A DNA stretch of 64,000 nucleotides from an uncultured delta proteobacterium. GTDB lineage: Bacteria > Myxococcota_A > Polyangia > Fen-1088. Shown piece by piece: positions 60,383-64,000 of this stretch (positions are counted from its first letter, which is position 1; each line of letters starts with the position of its first letter). The notes under the pieces were generated by a model, which had not been told where the DNA came from, did not search any database, and saw nothing but the letters and a program-made list of their open reading frames with translations. The position numbers and the translations under genes were made by a program. The stretch lies in NCBI GenBank assembly GCA_963737265.1, contig CAVTRY010000021.1:256001-320000 (forward strand), in the 5' to 3' direction.

Positions 60383-61408
60383 CTAGTAAACTTCCACTTC
60401 CGCCAAATGGAAATAGTTGGGCGGCGTGTTCTGCAAGCGAATGTAGCGGCCCTCGGCGTGAAGGCCCCGCACGGTCCATTTGTCGAAGATCTCCTTTCGT
60501 TCCTTGAGCAACGTGAAAATCTTGTTGTCCTTGCTGACCTCCAACTTGATGGGCACCGCCCGCTCCTGAAAGCCATCAGCCCGGTTGCACACCACCACCT
60601 TGTTGAATTTGCGGACCGACCCGAGATCGATCACGACCCATTGCTGGCCACCCGACTCGGTGTGGAAGCCCAGGCTTTCGCGGTCGCCATCGACCAGCAG
60701 GCTGTGATCCAGGCCTTGCCCGGGATACTGGCTGCTGACGGTGACGGGACGATGAAGCGCGAGATTGGGCTTTCCGAATTTCTTGTCCATCCAGGTCCCG
60801 ACCACGCCGAGCAGCACCGCCAGCACCGCGATCGCCACCGCCACGCGCGACCAGCGCGCGAAAAGCACGCGCCCCAGCCGATTCGACTCAAGCTCGAGCG
60901 GCTCGGACAATCCAATGGCCAAGCCATGCACGGCGTCGGCGAACGAATCGCGCTCTTCGCCAGTCAGTCTCGCAAGGGTGGCGTCCCGGTCACGCCCGAG
61001 CATCGCCGTCAGCATGGTGCCCTGCTCGACGGTGAGCTTGGCGAACGATTCGGCCACCCCCGGCACCTGCAGGGCGTTGGCCCAATCGGCGTCGCCGAGC
61101 GGCCCGGTGCCGGACAGCAGACCTTCCCGTTCCAAGTAAGCACGAACCAGCAAACCGACCTGATCGCAGTCGAGCAAGAGGACCGCTAAGCTGCTCTTGC
61201 CGGTTTCGCCAATCTTGACGACATCGTCGCAAAGCTGGCGCGCGATCTCGAACCACGCGAAGCCAGGCTTGGATGGACCAAATTTCTTCTCGCGCGCCTC
61301 GGCCACGCGCGGCCCCATCCACAGGAGTCTGCTCAACCAATTGGGCCGCGCCTTGGCCGGCGTTCCAGTTGTCGGTACACTGACGTTCTCAGCGCTGTCG
61401 TCACTCAT
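60383..61408 (-). CDS. Membrane protein with C-terminal discoidin (F5/8 type C) domain
   Basis: NLALHRPVTVSS, LVDGD, WVVIDLG, GRYIRL, LAEVEVY. Confidence 0.85.
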   Translation of the reverse strand: MSDDSAENVSVPTTGTPAKARPNWLSRLLWMGPRVAEAREKKFGPSKPGFAWFEIARQLCDDVVKIGETGKSSLAVLLLDCDQVGLLVRAYLEREGLLSGTGPLGDADWANALQVPGVAESFAKLTVEQGTMLTAMLGRDRDATLARLTGEERDSFADAVHGLAIGLSEPLELESNRLGRVLFARWSRVAVAIAVLAVLLGVVGTWMDKKFGKPNLALHRPVTVSSQYPGQGLDHSLLVDGDRESLGFHTESGGQQWVVIDLGSVRKFNKVVVCNRADGFQERAVPIKLEVSKDNKIFTLLKERKEIFDKWTVRGLHAEGRYIRLQNTPPNYFHLAEVEVY

Positions 61409-61492
61409 GGCACTGGCGTTTATACATCAGAGCGCGACGCGTGGGTATGGCCCCCCCTGATCCTGACCCCGCTACAACCGCAGAGGGTCGCA

Positions 61493-61536
61493 CCGTGGCC
61501 GTGGTCGTGGCCGTGACCGTGGCCGTGACCGTGGCC
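61493..61536. repeat. Intergenic hexamer tandem repeat (CCGTGG/CCGTGA)n, about 7 units
   Basis: ccgtggccgtggtcgtggccgtgaccgtggccgtgaccgtggcc. Confidence 0.7.
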
Positions 61537-61585
61537 GGAGTGATCTATCGAGGGGATCGCCGGCGGTGCCGGTCTTACGGCTGGG

Positions 61586-62086
61586 CTAGAATCTCGCGCT
61601 CACTTCCGCGTCGGCTTCGAGAACCTTGCGTTGCCTGGCTTCGCGCTCGGCCACCACGCGGTTGGCCAGCTCGGGATCGGTGAGCGCCACGATTTGCGCG
61701 GCCAAGAGCCCCGCGTTCTCGGCGCCGCCGATGGCCACTGTCGCCACCGGAATCCCGGGCGGCATCATCGCCGTCGACAACAGCGCGTCCATCCCCTGCA
61801 AGCTGCCCGCGGCGATGGGCACGCCTATCACCGGTCGCGTGGTATGCGCCGCGACGGCACCGGCAAGGTGGGCCGCGCCGCCGGCGCCGCAGATGAATGC
61901 CTTGGTTCCCGTGGCCGCGGCCGCGCGCACGAAGGCCGCGGTTTGCTCGGGCGTTCGGTGCGCGGAAAGCACGCGCACGGTCACGCGTACGCCGAGTTTT
62001 TTCAGCACTTCGGCCGCCGGCTTCATGATGTCGAGGTCCGATTTCGACCCCATCAAGATCGCAACGTCGTAGGTTGTGTCGCTCAT
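61586..62086 (-). CDS. purE: N5-CAIR mutase PurE
   Basis: [35 protein letters not shown]. Confidence 0.96.
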   Translation of the reverse strand: MSDTTYDVAILMGSKSDLDIMKPAAEVLKKLGVRVTVRVLSAHRTPEQTAAFVRAAAATGTKAFICGAGGAAHLAGAVAAHTTRPVIGVPIAAGSLQGMDALLSTAMMPPGIPVATVAIGGAENAGLLAAQIVALTDPELANRVVAEREARQRKVLEADAEVSARF

Positions 62087-63405
62087 GGTCTGCCTCGCAA
62101 TCCAATGTCTTTGCGGAAATGTACACCTGGCCAACGAATTCGATCGACGCTAGCGTAGGCGCGCGCGCGGGCTTCGTCGAGATCGACGCCGGTCGCGGTG
62201 ACGCCGAGAACGCGCCCGCCACTGGTGAGAAAACGATTGTCCTCGCGCCGGGTGCCGGCGTGAAAGACCAACACCGCTCCGTCCGCGCCGGCAAGCTGCC
62301 CGTCGTCGCCAAGGCCGAGAATCGCTTCGCCCGAACGCACCTTGCCGGGATAGCCCTCGGCGGCCAGCACCACGCATACCGCGAGACCGGGCAACCAATT
62401 GAGCGAACAAAGGGGCAGCTCGCCCGACGCAGCGTCGAGCAGCCAGGGCAAGAGATCCTCATCCAAGCGTGGCAGCACCGCCTGGGTTTCGGGATCGCCG
62501 AAGCGGCAGTTCCACTCGATGACCATGGGCCCGCGATCCGGCGTCAGCATGAGGCCGCCGTAGAGCAAACCGCGAAACGCCCGGCCGAGATCCGCCATGG
62601 CGGCCACCACGGGCGCAAAGATGGTGCGCGCGATGGTCTCGGTCAACGCCTGATCCACCAGCGGCGACGGCGAATAGGCGCCCATGCCGCCGGTGTTGGG
62701 TCCGCGATCGCCGTCGAGAACCGCCTTGTGATCCTCGGCCGAAGCCAGCATCACGAAGCGCGTGCCATCGCACAACGCCATCATCGAGACTTCGCGCCCG
62801 ACCAGCTTCTCTTCGATGACCACGCGCGCGCCAGCGTCGCCGAATGCGCGCTCGACCAGCATGGAGCGCACGGCTTGTTTGGCTTGCGCGTGCGACGAGG
62901 TCACGACCACGCCCTTGCCGGCGCACAGGCCGTTGGCCTTGACCACGACATCGCCGGGCTGGGCATCGATGAAGGCTTCCGCTGCCGCCAGCTCGGTGGC
63001 GGAAAAACTTCCGTAGGCGGCGGTGGGGACGCCGACTTGTTTCATCAGGTCCTTGGCGAATTCCTTGGACCCTTCGATCTTGGCGGCCGCGCGCGACGGC
63101 CCAAAGAAACGAATGCGGGCCACTGCGCAGGCATCACCAAGCCCTGCCGTCAGCGAGACTTCGGGGCCGCACACCACGAGATCGATGGCCTCGGACTTGG
63201 CCAGCGCCACCAAATCGGCAATCGCCCCGACGCCGACATTGGCCAGCGCCACCTTGCCGGCCATGCCTTGGGCGCGGCCGAGCGCTTCGATGCCTGGATT
63301 GCCCGGCGCCGCGACGAGGTAGTCGCACAGCGGGCTTTGCAGCAGTTTCCAGGCCAGGGCATGTTCGCGCCCGCCCGAGCCGACGAGCAGAATCCGATGT
63401 CCCAT
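62083..63405 (-). CDS. purD: Phosphoribosylamine--glycine ligase
   Basis: [45 protein letters not shown]. Confidence 0.97.
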   Translation of the reverse strand: MGHRILLVGSGGREHALAWKLLQSPLCDYLVAAPGNPGIEALGRAQGMAGKVALANVGVGAIADLVALAKSEAIDLVVCGPEVSLTAGLGDACAVARIRFFGPSRAAAKIEGSKEFAKDLMKQVGVPTAAYGSFSATELAAAEAFIDAQPGDVVVKANGLCAGKGVVVTSSHAQAKQAVRSMLVERAFGDAGARVVIEEKLVGREVSMMALCDGTRFVMLASAEDHKAVLDGDRGPNTGGMGAYSPSPLVDQALTETIARTIFAPVVAAMADLGRAFRGLLYGGLMLTPDRGPMVIEWNCRFGDPETQAVLPRLDEDLLPWLLDAASGELPLCSLNWLPGLAVCVVLAAEGYPGKVRSGEAILGLGDDGQLAGADGAVLVFHAGTRREDNRFLTSGGRVLGVTATGVDLDEARARAYASVDRIRWPGVHFRKDIGLRGRP

Positions 63406-63408
63406 CGG

Positions 63409-64000
63409 CTAATGCCTGAAGTGGCGCTCGCCCGTGAAGACAAGGGCGATGTTGTGCTGGTTGGCGGCCGCGATGACTTCCTCGTCGCGCACCGATCCGC
63501 CCGGCTCGATGACTGCCGTAACGCCGGCCTTGGCCGCCTCGTCGAGGCCGTCGCGGAAGGGGAAGAAGGCATCCGACGCCAGCACCGAGCCTTGCAGCGG
63601 CAGTTGCGCCTTGGACACCGCCAATTTCACCGAATCCACGCGCGACATTTGCCCGGCGCCAACGCCGAGGGTGCGCCCGCCGCTCACGAAAACGATGGCA
63701 TTCGACTTCACATGCTTGCAAACGCGCCAGGCGAAATCGAGGTCGGCGAGCTCGGCGGGGCTCGGTTTGCGTAGGGAGACGACCTTGCCGGCGCTGGCGG
63801 CGCACGTGGAATTGTCCGACGTCTGCACCAGCACGCCGCCCGAGACCGCGCGCAGGTCGAGCTGCCCGGCCGCCAGACCCGCGATGGCCGCGCGCAGAAG
63901 GCGCAGATTCTTCTTGGTCGAGAAAACCTTAAGCGCCTCGGGCGAGAACTCCGGCGCCACGATGCATTCGAGAAAAACCTCGGCCATCGCCTTGGCGAGA
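63409..64000 (-). CDS. purH: Bifunctional AICAR transformylase/IMP cyclohydrolase, C-terminal part
   Basis: [37 protein letters not shown]. Confidence 0.96.
   Translation of the reverse strand, partial: LAKAMAEVFLECIVAPEFSPEALKVFSTKKNLRLLRAAIAGLAAGQLDLRAVSGGVLVQTSDNSTCAASAGKVVSLRKPSPAELADLDFAWRVCKHVKSNAIVFVSGGRTLGVGAGQMSRVDSVKLAVSKAQLPLQGSVLASDAFFPFRDGLDEAAKAGVTAVIEPGGSVRDEEVIAAANQHNIALVFTGERHFRH

Overview
High-GC window, probably Myxococcota/Polyangia-like, judged from Gly- and Cys-rich lipoproteins, a Ser/Thr kinase and a TBDR-YfiR-HPt module (inference). The centre is a type I-G (I-U) CRISPR-Cas locus: WYL, cas3 (C-terminal HD), small cas8 (Csx14-like), cas7/csb1, csb2, an antisense vapB + DUF222-HNH insert, cas4/1, cas2, leader, and an array of about 115 repeats of 36 bp (hand count, 18283-33372). 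The most striking signal is that the array is colonised by IS elements inserted inside repeats. Three ISL3 insertions (two different elements, both orientations) all sit at the same repeat position (after nt 6), each with an 8-bp TSD that rebuilds a full downstream repeat. Two of them are stacked at one site (TSD present three times), one carries a nested IS3 remnant, and two apparently identical inverted copies bracket 29 spacers. An IS4 element sits in another repeat. Both ISL3 types have long, structured 5' non-coding ends. cas7 has a large internal deletion and the WYL protein lacks its HTH, while the adaptation genes look intact. The flanks hold cysQ, a rhodanese, secreted proteins, ccmF/A/B/C/D, eno, an XPB operon and purE/D/H. 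Five single-base frameshifts (one in enolase) suggest sequencing or assembly errors, so pseudogene calls need read-level checks.
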